Assembly (NCBI GenBank): GCA_043808405.1
Contig: JAZDEX010000039.1
Span: 1 to 48,288 of the forward strand
Source: Candidatus Omnitrophota bacterium
Lineage (GTDB): Bacteria > Omnitrophota > Gorgyraeia > Gygaellales > Profunditerraquicolaceae
Length of the DNA: 48,288 nucleotides
Reading direction: 5' to 3'
Both the position numbers and the translations under genes were made by a program. The stretch's first letter is position 1. Every line of letters begins with the position of its first letter. The notes under the pieces were generated by a model. It made no database searches. It was not told the DNA's origin and saw only the letters and a program-made list of their open reading frames with translations. This document shows, piece after piece, positions 1 to 9,597 of the stretch.

Positions 1-1
1 T

Positions 2-196
2 ACGGATTTGACCAAAGAGAAGGCGGCGATGGAAAAACTTTGGTCCAAGCGAGAGCAGCAGATTAAGAAGGTAATTACAAGCACGGCGAGAATGTACGGA
101 GATATGCAGGGGATAATCGGTGCGTCTTTGCCGGAGATAAAAAGTTTAGAGTTAAAAGATTCTACCGATGGGATAGAGGTGATAAGGACTGAGTAA
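2..196 (+). CDS. DUF2130-family coiled-coil protein, 3' end only (starts before the window)
   Basis: Frame open from base 2; C-terminus EKAAMEKLWSKREQQIKKVITSTARMYGDMQGIIGASLPEI matches my recollection of DUF2130 C-termini. Confidence 0.7.
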   Translation, partial: TDLTKEKAAMEKLWSKREQQIKKVITSTARMYGDMQGIIGASLPEIKSLELKDSTDGIEVIRTE

Positions 197-230
197 AGAA
201 TAGGTTGAGCTTTTAGCGGGAGGATGATCG

Positions 231-258
231 ATCGTTTTGTTGACACCAACAAAACGAT
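231..258. terminator. Perfect 12-bp hairpin between convergent ORFs
   Basis: ATCGTTTTGTTG-ACAC-CAACAAAACGAT; no long U-tract, so terminator role is uncertain. Confidence 0.35.
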
Positions 259-305
259 ACCTATGCTTAAGGGAGCTAAAAAAGAAGATAAGCTTGTTCC
301 TCGAG

Positions 306-542
306 TTAATTTTTTAACCTGCCATTGAATTTAAGGGCTCTTCTAACAGTTTGTCTGTTTATCTTCAAGCTTTTAGAAATAGCCCTTAAAGACATCTTTA
401 ACAAATACAATTCTTCTATCTTTTGGGCTAATTTTTGATATAATGGGGTTCGTTCTAGAGGTTTAATTATAATTTTTATTGGGATCTCGCCTGCGGTGCG
501 AATTGGTCGCAGACGGGTTCGTTTTATTTTAGTTCGAACCAA
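306..542 (-). CDS. Small basic helix-turn-helix protein (start uncertain, possibly a remnant)
   Basis: C-terminal MSLRAISKSLKINRQTVRRAL is a typical HTH; TTG start without a clear RBS. Confidence 0.45.
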   Translation of the reverse strand: MVRTKIKRTRLRPIRTAGEIPIKIIIKPLERTPLYQKLAQKIEELYLLKMSLRAISKSLKINRQTVRRALKFNGRLKN

Positions 543-584
543 AATTTATCAGAAATTCCTTTCCCGTCCCGCTATCCCAGATTA

Positions 585-607
585 GGCGGGATCCCGCCAG
601 AGGCGGG
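585..607. repeat. Overlapping CCCGCC/GGCGGG mini-palindromes
   Basis: GGCGGGATCCCGCC (585-598) and CCCGCCAGAGGCGGG (593-607); the same core recurs inside the repeats at 8174 and 13156. Confidence 0.55.
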
Positions 608-637
608 GCTGAGATTCTAAATTTTCCTTCTTAGCAA

Positions 638-1978
638 TTGTTGATTAATTTTAAGGATATGAGAAAAAGAAATAGGCTTTTTAGTGAAGCAAATGTTTTG
701 CCTAGAGACTTGGAATTAAATGATGAATTCGTAGGCGTTTTTAATTTAATCGAAAATACACAGGAAAGCATTTTTATTACTGGTAAGGCTGGTACGGGTA
801 AGTCAACTCTGCTTAAATATTTCAAAGAGAACACCGCGAAAAATATCGCTGTTTTGGCGCCGACTGGTGTGGCGGCGGTAAACATTGGCGGCCAGACTAT
901 ACATTCTTTTTTTAGATTCCCTCCGCGTTTAATCCAAAGAGATAATATTCATAAAAGGCGTAATAGTGAAATCATGCAAAAACTCGATGTAATAATTATC
1001 GATGAAGTTTCTATGGTGCGCGCTGACCTGATGGATGGGATTGATTACGCGCTCAAGATTAATCGGGGCCAGATGAATTTACCATTTGGTGGCGCGCAAA
1101 TGGTATTTTTTGGGGATTTGTTTCAACTCTCTCCTGTGGTAGAAAGCCAGGCGCGGGATATTTTGGAAGAGCGTTACGGCAGCCCGTATTTTTTTAGTGC
1201 CCGGGTTTTTAATAAATTGCAACTGCGTTACGTAGAGCTAAATAAAAATTACCGTCAATCCGATGCTCAATTCATTGATTTATTGAATAAGATTAGGAAT
1301 AAGGCTCAAAGGGCGGATGATTTGGAGTTGTTAAATGAGAGGGTCAGAAGAATCATTCCCCAAGGTTCTAAGCATTGCGTTATTTTGACGGCGACTAATG
1401 ACCGCGCCAATGCTATAAACGCGCAAAAACTAGCCGGCCTACCAGGCAAAGAATATGAATATGAAGCCGCGATTACTAAAGAATTTAATGAGTCTGCCTA
1501 TCCGGCGGAGTATTGTTTAAGGCTAAAAGAAGGGGCGCAGATTATTTTGATCAGAAATGACCCAGACAAAAGATGGGTCAATGGCACTATTGCCCAGATT
1601 GTTCATTTATCTCTAGATACGATAAAGGTTTCTGTAGAGGGGAACATTTATGAGGTGTTAAAATCAAGTTGGGAAAAGATTGAATATGAATATAATCGAG
1701 CCGAAGACAAAATTGAAGAAAAGGTAATCGGCACTTTTGAGCAATATCCGATAAAACTCGCTTGGGCGATTACAATTCACAAGAGCCAGGGCCAGACTTT
1801 TGATAATGTGATTATAGATTTAGGCGCGGGAGCTTTTACGCATGGGCAGGTTTATGTGGGCTTAAGCCGCTGCACTTCACTAGAAGGCATTATTTTAAAA
1901 AAGCCGGTAACTGCCAGTGATATTATTTTTGATGAGAGAGTGCGTGAGTTTAGAAATAGATTTATGAACTTAATATAG
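638..1978 (+). CDS. Pif1/RecD-like SF1B DNA helicase
   Basis: Walker A TGKAGTGKS, LAPTGVAA, GQTIHSFF, IIDEVSMV, FGDLFQL, YRQ, AWAITIHKSQGQT, QVYVGLSR; alternative ATG at 659. Confidence 0.92.
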   Translation: MLINFKDMRKRNRLFSEANVLPRDLELNDEFVGVFNLIENTQESIFITGKAGTGKSTLLKYFKENTAKNIAVLAPTGVAAVNIGGQTIHSFFRFPPRLIQRDNIHKRRNSEIMQKLDVIIIDEVSMVRADLMDGIDYALKINRGQMNLPFGGAQMVFFGDLFQLSPVVESQARDILEERYGSPYFFSARVFNKLQLRYVELNKNYRQSDAQFIDLLNKIRNKAQRADDLELLNERVRRIIPQGSKHCVILTATNDRANAINAQKLAGLPGKEYEYEAAITKEFNESAYPAEYCLRLKEGAQIILIRNDPDKRWVNGTIAQIVHLSLDTIKVSVEGNIYEVLKSSWEKIEYEYNRAEDKIEEKVIGTFEQYPIKLAWAITIHKSQGQTFDNVIIDLGAGAFTHGQVYVGLSRCTSLEGIILKKPVTASDIIFDERVREFRNRFMNLI

Positions 1979-2064
1979 TAATACGAAACTAGTCGCTGTC
2001 CCTAGTTTCTCCCTAGTTTCTCCGAGCTTTTTTGAAAGCGCTTTCCCGAAATGTTCAAATTGCC

Positions 2065-2093
2065 TTGAAAATATCATTTTTATCGGTTAAACT
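2065..2093 (+). promoter_or_regulatory. Putative sigma70 promoter of the glycosidase gene
   Basis: TTGAAA-17 nt-TAAACT, followed by the 16-bp palindrome CTTAAGTTAACTTAAG (2097-2112). Confidence 0.4.
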
Positions 2094-2133
2094 TGGCTTA
2101 AGTTAACTTAAGGTAGATAAGCCAGGAGAAAAA

Positions 2134-5100
2134 ATGAAAAAAAAGTTATTATTGTTATCGGTTATTGTCTTTTTTATAATGTTAAGTTTTTTAGGATGGC
2201 AAAAATGTTTTGCCGGTGAAGGCAGTGTGTTGTTAAAAAACTGCCAATACCCTCAGGAGGTAAGGGCGGGAGAAGATTTTGATGTTACTTTTGAAATGGA
2301 AGTCACCGAGGATCTTAAAAAAGATTGTGGTTTATTTTTGCATGTTTCTTTAAGAAGGCCTAAGGCAGATATAAAAACAACTTTAATGATTAACGCGGAT
2401 TCAGCTGTTGCGTTTCCCACTTCAAGATGCAAGGTAGGGGATATTATAAAATTAGGGCCTTATAAAGTAAATATTCCGCTTGATGCTCCGCCGGGAGAGT
2501 ATTCTATGGAAGCTGGCCTGTTTTGGACGCAAGAATACCCGGATGGAAGCGCGACTTATGAAAAGATTCCTTATGTTAATCCCACTCGGGAAATGCAGGC
2601 GCTGCGGTATTATTGGCAGGTTGTTCCTAAGATAACGGTTAGCGAGCCGCGGGATGAGAATTTTACCCGCGGCAGTACAGACCGCGCCCGTGTTTATATC
2701 CAGAACTCCTTAACGAAAGTTTTTCCAGTAAATCCTTTTTTTCTTGGCGAAGTTAAGAATGAAATTAATTTAAGCGCGGCCAAGAATGAATTTGAGTCGG
2801 TTCAGATCAGTGTTGCCGCGCCGACCGTGGATTTAAAGGGAGTAAAGTTTGTGGCCAGCGATTTTATGCAAAATGAAAGGCAAGGGGTTATTTCCAAAGA
2901 TAATATTAAACTCTTTTTAGTAAAGTATGTAAATACCAGTAAACCATATTATAATACCTCGAGGGTGGGGGCCTGGCCAGATCCTTTAGTACCTCTTTCA
3001 GAGCCCATGGATATAGCGCAGGGAAAATTTAATACGGTTTGGTTTCAGGTTTATGTCCCCAAAAATGCACTTGCCGGCAGGTATGAAGGGAATATAGATA
3101 TTATTAGCAAGGAGCAAACTTTAGCTACGCTAAAGGTTTATTTAACCGTGCGGAATTTTGCTTTACCCACCGCGTCGCATTTAAAAACTGCGTTTGACCT
3201 TAAAGAAAGCATATTTTTCACATTCTATCCCAAGGATAAGCGCGAGACTCCTGAGAATTATAAATTACGCCTTGAAAGCATCAAGCGGGCCTACAATATG
3301 GATATGCTGCGGCATCGCCTTGACCCGGTGCATAATATGGATACGCCAAAACTTTTAAAGAGGGAAGGCGGGGTGTTTAATTTAGATTTTTCGGATTTTG
3401 ATAGAAAGGCGGATTTTTATTTAAAAAATGGGCAGAAGACATTTTCTATCGGAGAATATTGGTCTTGGCAGAGTAAGGATATGTGGGGCAAGTGGTATGG
3501 TTTTCGCGATGAGGAATCTATAGTTGGTGTTTTTGGCGCTTACGGCAAACATTTAAAGGAGAAAGGTTGGTCCGCAAATGCGTATGCCTATATATTCGAT
3601 GAGACTTTTTATCGGGTTAAAGAGGTAACCGCTTTGATTCATAAGGCGGATCCGGGGATTAAAAATTTACTCACTATGCCCCCGGATCCAGAATATAAAG
3701 ATATCGATATTTGGTGCCCGAGGATAAATAATTTTGATCCGGCTAGCGTTGAACCACTTAAGGCCAAAGGCAAAGAAGTCTGGACCTATATTGCCGGCAC
3801 CACCCGGCCTTATCCAAATTTAAATTTAGATGTTGCGGCTATTGAGCCGAGGATTTTACCGTGGATATGCTGGAAATTTAATATCGGCGGGCTTTTGTAT
3901 TGGTCGATGAATTGGTGGTCAACCAATGTTAATCCTTGGGAAAACGCGATGACTTATCCGAGACAAAACGGAAACGGCTGCCTTTATTATCCGGATAAGT
4001 TTCGGCCGGTGGGCTCTATCCGGCTAGAGGTATTAAGGGATGGGATGGAAGATTATGAATTATTTTATTTACTAAGAAAGAGAGTAGACGGCCTTAAGAA
4101 ATTAAACAATCCCGGGCGGGATTACAGTTTGATCTCCAGAAGCGAAGCCGCCTTAAAATTAGATGAAGAGATCGGAGAATTTCCCGCTTATTACACGCAT
4201 ACCCCTAATGATATATATCAAAAAAGAAATCTCGTGGCGGGGTTGATAGAAGAGGTGGATGCCTTGGGATTAATTGCAAGTGACGCGGAGGATAATAATG
4301 ACAGCTCTTTAGGGCCTGAAGAATATTCTGCCTTTTTACCGATGGATGTGCGTCCGGTTGCGGTTACTCAAGTTGTCACGACTAATAAAGGCGTAAGCAA
4401 GGCGATTACTTTAAGCGCGGTTAATTTGGGGGGTGAAGCTCTTGCCTATGCCGTTACTAATCCAGCGCACGGAATTTTATCTGGCAGCGGGCCTAAATAT
4501 ATTTATACATCGAATGCGGGTTATTCCGGCCCGGATACTTTTACTTTTACTGTATCTGACAGTACGGGTGTTTCTGATCTGGCGGCGGTAAAAATTACGG
4601 TCGTTAATCGTAAGCCCATGGCCTTGCCCCATCCGGTGGCAACTTATAGAGGCGTAAGTAAAGCGGCTACCTTAGCGGGTATTGATCCCGATAGGGATAG
4701 CCTTACTTATGTAGTTACGACTAATCCCATTTATGGAACTTTATCCGGCACTAGCCCCAATTTTATTTATGTGCCGAATCCTGGTTATGTGGGGCCGGAC
4801 GCCTTTACTTTTACTGTATCCGACGGCACTGATGTTTCTAGCCCGGCTACGGTAAATATTAATGTCGTTAATCATAAGCCGGTTGCTCTGGCTCGTCCGG
4901 TAGTTACTTATAGAGGTGTAAGTAAAGCCGCTACTTTAGCGGGCGTGGATTCTGATAAAGACACGCTTACTTATATTATTGTAACTAATCCTGCGCACGG
5001 AACTTTATCCGGCACTAGCCCCAATTTTATTTATGTGCCTAATCCTGGTTATGTGGGCCCGGATGCTTTTACTTTTACCGTATCGGATGGCACAGATGTT

Positions 5101-5928
5101 TCCAGCCCGGCTACGGTAAATATTAATGTCGTTAATCATAAGCCGGCCGCTCTGGCTCGGCCGGTAGTTACGAATAAAAATGTAAGTAAAGCCGCTACTT
5201 TAGCGGGCGTGGATTCTGATAACGACACGCTTACTTATATTATTGTAACTAATCCTGCGCACGGAACTTTATCCGGCACTAAACCTAATCTTACTTATGT
5301 GCCTAATCCCGGTTATGTGGGAGCGGATGCCTTTATTTTTACTGTATCCGATGGTACAGATATTTCTAGTCCCGCCACAATAAATATTAATGTAATTAAC
5401 CATAAGCCTATTGCTTTGGCGCATCCGGTTGCGACTTATCGAGGTATAAGCAAGGCCGCTACTTTAGCGGGTGTTGATTCCGATAATGATGTTCTGATTT
5501 ATGCAAACACTAATCCTGCGCACGGAACTTTATCCGGCACTAGCCCCAATTTTATTTATGTGCCTAATCCTGGTTATGTGGGCCCGGATGCTTTTACTTT
5601 TACCGTATCGGATGGGGTAGCTGTTTCTAACTCAGCCACGATAAATATTAATGTAATTAATCATAAGCCTAATGCTTTTACCCAATCGGTTACCACTAAT
5701 AAGGGTATAAGTAAAGCTATTACTTTAACTAGTGCTGATTCCGACGGAGATAGCCTTATTTATGCAACGACTAATCCTGCGCATGGAACTTTATTCGGTA
5801 GTGGGCCGAGCCGCATTTATGTGCCTAGTGCCGGTTATTCTGGATCAGATGCTTTTACTTTTACCGTGTCTGATGGGGTGGATATTTCTAATTCCGCCAA
5901 GGTGAATATTACGGTAGTGAATAAGTAA
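2134..5928 (+). CDS. Secreted GH123/DUF4091-like glycoside hydrolase with six C-terminal Ig-like (Big_9/tandem-95 type) repeats
   Basis: N-terminal signal peptide; AAKNEFESVQI, WPDPLVP, adjacent acidic pair YIFDE, GLLYW, GNGCLYYP, SIRLEVLRDGMEDYE; repeats NPAHGTLSG...Y.GPDAFTFTVSDG. Confidence 0.8.
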   Translation: MKKKLLLLSVIVFFIMLSFLGWQKCFAGEGSVLLKNCQYPQEVRAGEDFDVTFEMEVTEDLKKDCGLFLHVSLRRPKADIKTTLMINADSAVAFPTSRCKVGDIIKLGPYKVNIPLDAPPGEYSMEAGLFWTQEYPDGSATYEKIPYVNPTREMQALRYYWQVVPKITVSEPRDENFTRGSTDRARVYIQNSLTKVFPVNPFFLGEVKNEINLSAAKNEFESVQISVAAPTVDLKGVKFVASDFMQNERQGVISKDNIKLFLVKYVNTSKPYYNTSRVGAWPDPLVPLSEPMDIAQGKFNTVWFQVYVPKNALAGRYEGNIDIISKEQTLATLKVYLTVRNFALPTASHLKTAFDLKESIFFTFYPKDKRETPENYKLRLESIKRAYNMDMLRHRLDPVHNMDTPKLLKREGGVFNLDFSDFDRKADFYLKNGQKTFSIGEYWSWQSKDMWGKWYGFRDEESIVGVFGAYGKHLKEKGWSANAYAYIFDETFYRVKEVTALIHKADPGIKNLLTMPPDPEYKDIDIWCPRINNFDPASVEPLKAKGKEVWTYIAGTTRPYPNLNLDVAAIEPRILPWICWKFNIGGLLYWSMNWWSTNVNPWENAMTYPRQNGNGCLYYPDKFRPVGSIRLEVLRDGMEDYELFYLLRKRVDGLKKLNNPGRDYSLISRSEAALKLDEEIGEFPAYYTHTPNDIYQKRNLVAGLIEEVDALGLIASDAEDNNDSSLGPEEYSAFLPMDVRPVAVTQVVTTNKGVSKAITLSAVNLGGEALAYAVTNPAHGILSGSGPKYIYTSNAGYSGPDTFTFTVSDSTGVSDLAAVKITVVNRKPMALPHPVATYRGVSKAATLAGIDPDRDSLTYVVTTNPIYGTLSGTSPNFIYVPNPGYVGPDAFTFTVSDGTDVSSPATVNINVVNHKPVALARPVVTYRGVSKAATLAGVDSDKDTLTYIIVTNPAHGTLSGTSPNFIYVPNPGYVGPDAFTFTVSDGTDVSSPATVNINVVNHKPAALARPVVTNKNVSKAATLAGVDSDNDTLTYIIVTNPAHGTLSGTKPNLTYVPNPGYVGADAFIFTVSDGTDISSPATININVINHKPIALAHPVATYRGISKAATLAGVDSDNDVLIYANTNPAHGTLSGTSPNFIYVPNPGYVGPDAFTFTVSDGVAVSNSATININVINHKPNAFTQSVTTNKGISKAITLTSADSDGDSLIYATTNPAHGTLFGSGPSRIYVPSAGYSGSDAFTFTVSDGVDISNSAKVNITVVNK
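4351..5925 (+). repeat. Six tandem ~264-bp intragenic repeats encoding Ig-like domains
   Basis: Units of ~87-88 aa starting RPVA/RKPMA/HKPVA/HKPAA/HKPIA/HKPNA; the central units are near-identical at DNA level. Confidence 0.9.
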
Positions 5929-5952
5929 AAAATATTTACAAGTTTTGTTTTT

Positions 5953-5994
5953 AAAACGGATGTATGCGCTTAATGCGCGTGCATCCGTTTTTTT
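5953..5994 (+). terminator. Rho-independent terminator
   Basis: AAAACGGATGTATGCGC-TTAAT-GCGCGTGCATCCG followed by a T run. Confidence 0.85.
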
Positions 5995-6014
5995 AAATGG
6001 AGTTTTAGTTTAGC

Positions 6015-6043
6015 TTGCAAAGGGAGGGCATTTGCAGTATTAT
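6015..6043 (+). promoter_or_regulatory. Putative sigma70 promoter of glgP
   Basis: TTGCAA-17 nt-TATTAT. Confidence 0.45.
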
Positions 6044-6087
6044 AGATTTTGCAAAGTAATGTTTTTTTAGCCAGAAGGGAGCTTAGA

Positions 6088-8106
6088 ATGAGTGAGGATA
6101 AATTAACCCGCGAATTCCTGTCTTTAGTTTCAGTTGACGGCTATGAAACAGCCTACCAAGAAGATATTTCCGGCGGAAAATATTTTGGCATGCCCTTAGA
6201 AGCTATAATTGCCTGTGAGAAAAGGCTGCTTTCTAAAGAGGAAAGCGGCATAAGTTATTTTTCTATGGAGTTTGGCCTGGCCACTAGTTTCTACAATAAA
6301 TTTACTTCTCGCCGGCTGGTAGAAAGTATGAATCAGGCTCCGGAAAGCGAAGTATTTTCTAATTTTCGGCTCGCGGATTATTTCTTTACTTTATCGACAA
6401 ATAATATAATTGATATGCCAATTTATAGCGGCGGCTTAGGCGTTTTAGCCGGTGATACCATGAAGACTATGGCGGATTATAAATTGCCAGCTGTCGGCGT
6501 AGGCATATTGTGGCACTCCGGTTATTTTCGGCAGAAGTTTTGGTTTAAATATGGGCAGGCCCCGGAGAAAATGTTGTGGGACCCGGCTTCGTATCCGGGT
6601 TTGGTGCCTTTAAAAAATAAAATAAAAGTATATTTAAGGAATGAAGAAATAACTTTAAGGCTGTGGAAATATTATGTTTATAGTTATAAGCATGATTATG
6701 CTATTCCTTTAGTGTTGATGGATGCTTACGTCGAAGAAAATAGCCCGCACGCGAAGGAACTGACTGATCAGCTTTACCGGGCGGATAACGCGCGGATTAA
6801 AATATTACAGAGGGCTCTTTTAGGTTTAGGCGGGATGGCGGCCTTAAAAGAGTTAGGCTATAGCATAGAAAAATACCATCTTAATGAGGGGCACGCGATT
6901 TTTGCTTTTGTGGAAAAGGCGCGCGGGCTGACCGATGCCCAGATCAAAGATTTAAAAGAAAATTTCTTTTATACTTGCCATACTCCGGTAGAAGCCGGCC
7001 ATGACCGTTTTTCGGCTTATGACCTGCAGGATATATTAAAAAGGGAAGATTTTGAGCTGGCGGAAAAATTCGGCCGGGAAAAAAGCGGGGCGATTAATTT
7101 GACGCTTTTATCTATGAATATCGCTTCTTCGGTCAACGCGGTTTCCAAGAATCATCAGGCAGTTATGCATTTACAGTTTCCCGAATATAAAGAGCTGATT
7201 AAATATGTTACCAATGGAGTACATCCTTATACGTGGATTTCTCAGCGGTTTATGCAGCTTTATAAACAGTTTCCTGCTGTCTTCGCGGATATCCAGGAAA
7301 ATCCCATGGCCTTGACCCGGGCGGTAGAGCTTAAAGGGAATCCTGAATTTCGCAGTGAGGTGTTTAAAGCGCATCAGGATAATAAGATAAAGCTCTGCCA
7401 GTTGTTGGAAAAATGGAAATTAGATAAAGATATTTTTACGGTTTGTTGGGCAAGACGAGTTGCGGCTTACAAAAGGCCTAGTCTTATATTGCAGGATGTG
7501 AAACGGCTGATCAATATTGCCCAGGATGTCGGGCCGATACAGGTGATCTGGGCGGGTAAGGCGCATCCCAGCGATAATTTAGGCCGCACTTATATAAATG
7601 ATATGTTAGGCCGGATAGACGCGCTTACCGGTTCGTACGATTCGCTTAAAATAATTGCTCTCGAGAATTACGATATTTCCATCGCTAGGACTTTGACTAG
7701 TGGGGTGGATGTTTGGCTGAATAATCCTCTGCCTCCCTTTGAGGCTTCGGGGACTAGTGGGATGAAGGCGATTCTCAACGGGGTTATTCAAGTCAGTACT
7801 TTCGACGGATGGGTTGTTGAGGCGGCGGATAAAGGCATCGGCAATATTTTTGGATATCGCAACAAAGCCGGGGATATGGGTAGCGAGTCGGATTTACGGT
7901 TGGAAGAAGATTCGAAGAATTTATACGCCGTTATGGAAGAAATGAGTAAGCTTTATTATAAAACTAATCAGCAGGGTAAAGTTGATGTTACTTCCGGATG
8001 GATTGATATGATGATTAATTGTATTGCTACCGGAGGGTATTTTAATACTTACAGAATGCTTGATGAATATAAGAGTATTGTCTGGAGAGAACAAGTTACT
8101 GCATAG
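6088..8106 (+). CDS. glgP: Alpha-glucan (glycogen/starch) phosphorylase
   Basis: YFSMEFG, YSGGLGVLAGD, HLNEGH, TNGVH, ARRVAAYKR, AGKAHP, PLP-site EASGTSGMKA; ATG 6088 preceded by AAGGGAG (track start 6049). Confidence 0.93.
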   Translation: MSEDKLTREFLSLVSVDGYETAYQEDISGGKYFGMPLEAIIACEKRLLSKEESGISYFSMEFGLATSFYNKFTSRRLVESMNQAPESEVFSNFRLADYFFTLSTNNIIDMPIYSGGLGVLAGDTMKTMADYKLPAVGVGILWHSGYFRQKFWFKYGQAPEKMLWDPASYPGLVPLKNKIKVYLRNEEITLRLWKYYVYSYKHDYAIPLVLMDAYVEENSPHAKELTDQLYRADNARIKILQRALLGLGGMAALKELGYSIEKYHLNEGHAIFAFVEKARGLTDAQIKDLKENFFYTCHTPVEAGHDRFSAYDLQDILKREDFELAEKFGREKSGAINLTLLSMNIASSVNAVSKNHQAVMHLQFPEYKELIKYVTNGVHPYTWISQRFMQLYKQFPAVFADIQENPMALTRAVELKGNPEFRSEVFKAHQDNKIKLCQLLEKWKLDKDIFTVCWARRVAAYKRPSLILQDVKRLINIAQDVGPIQVIWAGKAHPSDNLGRTYINDMLGRIDALTGSYDSLKIIALENYDISIARTLTSGVDVWLNNPLPPFEASGTSGMKAILNGVIQVSTFDGWVVEAADKGIGNIFGYRNKAGDMGSESDLRLEEDSKNLYAVMEEMSKLYYKTNQQGKVDVTSGWIDMMINCIATGGYFNTYRMLDEYKSIVWREQVTA

Positions 8107-8173
8107 GCCGATAAGGGGCAGCAATAATTTTCTTTAGAAAATATTTCGTCTCTAGTTTATCTAATTTATTAAA

Positions 8174-8214
8174 AGATTGCTTCGCCCCGCCATGGCGGGG
8201 CTCGCAATGACACT
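8174..8214. repeat. REP/RPE-like palindromic element, single unit (family A)
   Basis: AGATTGCTTCGCCCCGCCATGGCGGGGCTCGCAATGACACT; related copies at 13156 and 43442-43527. Confidence 0.85.
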
Positions 8215-8258
8215 TCTGGAAGTTCTCACCGATTGACGCATTACTTCTAAAATATATA

Positions 8259-8287
8259 TTGACTTATATTATGTAATAGTATATACT
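8259..8287 (+). promoter_or_regulatory. Putative sigma70 promoter of the ATPase gene
   Basis: TTGACT-17 nt-TATACT. Confidence 0.6.
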
Positions 8288-8328
8288 ATAAATGTAGTAT
8301 TATTTTAGCAAGTATAGAGGGTCATTTT

Positions 8329-9558
8329 ATGGGAAATAAACCTATTAAACGTGATATTATAGATGAAATCGTTAAATATATAGATACCGATAATATCATT
8401 GTTTTGCATGGCGCCAGGCAAGTCGGGAAAACTCATATACTTTATTATCTCGAAGGCTTGTTAAAATCACAGGACAAATCGACATTCTTTTTTGATCTTG
8501 AGGATTCCCGGCTGGTTAGTGTGTTGGACGCTGGTGTAGATTCATTTTTGACCTATTTAAAAAATGAGGGCCTTGACCTGGATAAGGTTAAAAATGGCAA
8601 TGGCCGATTTTATGTATTTATTGACGAAGTACAGTATCTCGATGATCCATCTCCGTTGTTAAAATTACTCGCCGACCATCATAAATATATCCAGCTTATC
8701 GTTTCCGGATCGTCAAGTTTTAACATTAAATCCAAATTTTCCGATTCGTTGGTTGGCCGGACTGTCGATTTTGAGGTATTTAATCTTTCTTTTAGGGAAT
8801 TCATAAGGTTTAAGGACCTGCGTTATGAATTGGAAAATATCTCGCCGGGCATTCATTTTGATAGAATTATAGAGTTGTATCATGAATATGTTTTCTTTGG
8901 AGGATACCCGAAGATCGCGCTGGAAAATTCCGTGGAGAAAAAGGAAAAATACCTTCAGCAGATTATAGATACTTACATAAAAAAAGATATCAGGGACTTG
9001 GCCCATGTCAAGGATATAAGAAAATTCAATAATCTTCTCAAGGTTCTTGCTTCTCAGAGCGGGCAATTATTAAATATAGCCGGGTTGGCAAATACCTGTT
9101 CTCTTGCCAAGCAGACAATCGAAAGTTATCTTTTTATTTTGGAAAATACTTATGTGCTTAGACTTATTACTCCTTTTAGCTCTAGTTCAAAAGTGGAAGT
9201 GGTTAAGGCGCCTAAAATATTTTTTTATGATACCGGCCTTTTAGGGATGTTATGGCTGGGCAACCTGCAGAAGAATTTGATCGGTAATATATTTGAGACT
9301 AGTGTTTTTGCCGAGCTGGTCAAAAAATACGGCGCGCAAAATATTCATTATTGGAGAAATCGCAACCAGAACGAAATCGATTTTATATTGGATTTAAAAG
9401 GTAAGATATTGCCTATCGAGGTAAAAGTGAGTTTTAGGAGCTTTAGGAAGCTGTCGATGTCATCATTCTGCCGGCGATATAATCTTAATGAATATAAAGT
9501 AGTGGGTTTGACCGGGCAGAAAGAGGGCAGAAATTATAATTATCCTTGGGAAGTATGA
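8329..9558 (+). CDS. AAA_14/DUF4143 ATP-binding protein with C-terminal PD-(D/E)XK-like motif
   Basis: GARQVGKT, FIDEVQ, SGSSS, SLVGR, GGYP, PKIFFYDTG, EIDFIL...PIEVK. Confidence 0.88.
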   Translation: MGNKPIKRDIIDEIVKYIDTDNIIVLHGARQVGKTHILYYLEGLLKSQDKSTFFFDLEDSRLVSVLDAGVDSFLTYLKNEGLDLDKVKNGNGRFYVFIDEVQYLDDPSPLLKLLADHHKYIQLIVSGSSSFNIKSKFSDSLVGRTVDFEVFNLSFREFIRFKDLRYELENISPGIHFDRIIELYHEYVFFGGYPKIALENSVEKKEKYLQQIIDTYIKKDIRDLAHVKDIRKFNNLLKVLASQSGQLLNIAGLANTCSLAKQTIESYLFILENTYVLRLITPFSSSSKVEVVKAPKIFFYDTGLLGMLWLGNLQKNLIGNIFETSVFAELVKKYGAQNIHYWRNRNQNEIDFILDLKGKILPIEVKVSFRSFRKLSMSSFCRRYNLNEYKVVGLTGQKEGRNYNYPWEV

Positions 9559-9597
9559 AATAAGCTACCAGCTGTCAGCTAAAAATGGAGGGGGCTT

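Noticed and set aside
4351-5925. Long direct repeats as a CRISPR array or duplicated element
   Set aside because: They are in-frame ~264-bp protein domain repeats with no spacers, and no cas genes are present.
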